From assembly GCA_030141605.1 (NCBI GenBank), contig JAQGDQ010000085.1, positions 372,001 through 436,000 of the forward strand: a stretch of 64,000 nt of DNA. Direction: 5' to 3'. The notes under the pieces were generated by a model. That model had not been told where the DNA came from and did not search any database. It worked only from the letters and a program-made list of their open reading frames with translations. Source of the DNA: Tubiluchus corallicola (taxonomy: Eukaryota > Animalia > Priapulida). The position numbers and the translations under genes were made by a program. Shown piece by piece: positions 63,201 to 64,000 of the stretch. Position 1 is the stretch's first letter. Each line of letters opens with the position of its first letter.

Positions 63201-63894
63201 CTGACATCTTTTACACCTTCTCCCTCGCCAATGCCTCCTCCTTCGATATCTTCAAATTCTGTGGCGCCCTCTTCTGCAATCTCGTCGCTCAAACCAGATG
63301 GCAAACAAAAACCTTTTTGTCCCAGCTCACAGAAGATGCCCAGCAGTACATACAATAACTTACAAGCAGTCCTATGAACGGCGATGTATTCGGTGAGGAA
63401 CAACTGCACTAAACAAGCGTACTGATCGAAAATCGGAGCCAATTTTGTCAAAAGGAGAAGTTCCTTGTTGACCGAAGGTGGTTGTCCTTGAAGAATGAGC
63501 TGAAGAATGGTCTCCAGTTCTACTGTAATGGAAGATAATTTCAAGCTGCTAATGTCACTCTGTAAAGCAATGTGCAGTTTTGAGTTCAAATGTCCATCTT
63601 GAATACCATCATCATCTGACAGTCCATCTTCTTCTTCATCTTTTCCATGTTCTATAAAAACATGAGAAATCGGCTTATAGTTTTTTCTGTGTCTTCTAAA
63701 TGCAAATATTAGAATTGTCAATGAACTCGTTTATATAAAAAACTCAGACAACAAATAGTTGTTTCAATGACTTTTACCTGTATTACTAGCAAGTGAAAGC
63801 TTTTTGTACAACTCTTGAACATTATATAGAACTTTGGTGACTAACGATGAGATCCGATGGGCATGTTCTGTAGTCGCATTACAATCTTTGTAAG
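48101..63894 (-). CDS. MDN1: Midasin (MDN1/Rea1 AAA-ATPase), last 16 coding exons; gene continues beyond the window end
   Basis: GGGIGEGEGVKDVSDQIE, D/E-rich tail, LCEQLRLVLEPTQASKLRGDFRTGKRLNMRKVIPYIASQFRKDKIWLRR, MIDAS DxSxS (VDDSSSM), SDGRG and FPFPFYIILRD...ALRQWFELV. All phases are consistent. Confidence 0.97.
49041..49228 (-). CDS. MDN1: Midasin exon (MIDAS, QLLLIVSDGRG)
   Basis: tgtag / AAG|gtattt, 188 nt, phase 1/0. Confidence 0.95.
50237..50444 (-). CDS. MDN1: Midasin exon (MAFESLAVI...LNYAL)
   Basis: ttctag / G|gtgaga, 208 nt. Confidence 0.95.
50821..51012. repeat. (TTGTA)n/(TTGCA)n microsatellite
   Basis: Seen directly. Confidence 0.95.
51782..51956 (-). CDS. MDN1: Midasin exon (GDFRTGKRL...VDDSSSMVDNHSKQ)
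   Basis: attag / CAG|gtacgt, 175 nt, contains DxSxS. Confidence 0.96.
52506..53189. mobile_element. hAT-type MITE in midasin intron
   Basis: Termini TAGGGATGT...ACATCCCTA, subterminal cgata/tatcg repeats, imperfect 8-bp flanks ctaagaca / ctaagatg. Confidence 0.75.
53282..53397 (-). CDS. MDN1: Midasin exon (VQAAQDAWQKY...EPTQASKL)
   Basis: tttcag / AG|gtactg, 116 nt. Confidence 0.95.
53574..54167. mobile_element. Degraded hAT-type MITE
   Basis: taggtctgtga...gttacagctcta termini with gatat/atatc subterminal repeats; no TSD recognised. Confidence 0.4.
54200..54312 (-). CDS. MDN1: Midasin exon (IELFNW...LQSCTN)
   Basis: ttgcag / AAC|gtatgt, 113 nt, phase 1/0. Confidence 0.9.
55412..55589 (-). 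CDS. MDN1: Midasin exon (IEDERE...ERNPESTIHT)
   Basis: ttccag / A|gtaatt, 178 nt, ESTIHT motif. Confidence 0.9.
56176..56376 (-). CDS. MDN1: Midasin exon (ERLSGE...YDAQTDDAAT...QKEK)
   Basis: ttacag / AAG|gttgtt, 201 nt, phase 0/0. Confidence 0.88.
56443..57060. mobile_element. MITE-like element
   Basis: Inverted ends aatttcacagtgaa / ttcactgtgaaatggaccc, motif repeated internally. Confidence 0.5.
57441..57653 (-). CDS. MDN1: Midasin exon (AEQVGMASS...RSIGS...VAQQ)
   Basis: ttacag / CAG|gttagt, 213 nt. Confidence 0.9.
58410..58525 (+). mobile_element. tRNA-derived SINE remnant
   Basis: B-box-like ggtcgtgagttcgat followed by gtcgtaccaaagactataagaatggtacc, resembling a widespread metazoan SINE core (from memory). 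Confidence 0.6.
58640..58798. repeat. (ACT/ACC)n tract with repeated tctggactaccacaactac unit
   Basis: Seen directly. Confidence 0.88.
59132..59362 (-). CDS. MDN1: Midasin D/E-rich exon (PMESNTEE...DENK)
   Basis: taaag acceptor inferred from phase, AAG|gtattt donor, 231 nt. Confidence 0.82.
60556..60671 (-). CDS. MDN1: Midasin D/E-rich exon (GNASDADD...EKMQS)
   Basis: aacag / AGT|gtaatc, 116 nt. Confidence 0.82.
60828..60966 (-). CDS. MDN1: Midasin exon (GEYQGE...EPMDLPDDLDLD...)
   Basis: ttctag / G|gtgata, 139 nt, DLPDDLxLD motif. Confidence 0.9.
61628..61905 (-). CDS. MDN1: Midasin exon (DDDD...LDKQMGD...KLDEQLWG...QIDE)
   Basis: tttag / GAA|gtatgc, 278 nt. Confidence 0.93.
62401..62533 (-). 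CDS. MDN1: Midasin exon (LDEMKK...IEMSDDFEGKMHD...)
   Basis: gttag / G|gtttgt, 133 nt, IEMSxDFxG motif. Confidence 0.93.
63176..63651 (-). CDS. MDN1: Midasin exon (HGKDEEE...QKGFCLP...GEGEGVKDVSDQIEAEDQ)
   Basis: tatag / CAG|gtatga, 476 nt. Confidence 0.94.
63778..63894 (-). CDS. MDN1: Midasin exon (YKDCNAT...VQELYKK...)
   Basis: ttcag / G|gtaaaa, 117 nt, open and in phase with the next exon. Confidence 0.82.
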
Positions 63895-64000
63895 CTGAAA
63901 CAAAAGAATAATAAATTTGAAAATTGTAGTTGACAAACTATAAACGATATCAATTACAGAACATGATATCTATATAAGAAATGAGGTCAATTCCAGCATC

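Overview
AT-rich genomic DNA from an animal, probably a bilaterian invertebrate (inference), with two convergent intron-containing genes. (1) A sestrin gene on the + strand: a 66-nt exon (1161-1226) and a 30-nt microexon (14673-14702) are separated by introns of about 13 and 27 kb from eight clustered exons (41386-44732). The last intron is GC-AG, and the first coding exon of this isoform was not found in the window. The long introns hold a well-supported alternative first coding exon (36472-36786) and weaker candidates, plus MITEs, a TTAA-flanked foldback element, LINE/SINE remnants and microsatellites. (2) The last 16 coding exons of midasin (MDN1) on the - strand (63894 down to 48101), encoding the end of the linker, the D/E-rich tail and the MIDAS domain. 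All exon chains were checked by hand for splice dinucleotides and phase. The best candidate for something undescribed is regulatory: an internal sestrin promoter with an ATF4-type CARE, followed by a leucine-codon-dense uORF ahead of a leucine-sensor isoform. That mechanism is a hypothesis. No database searches were run; homology calls rest on remembered family sequences.
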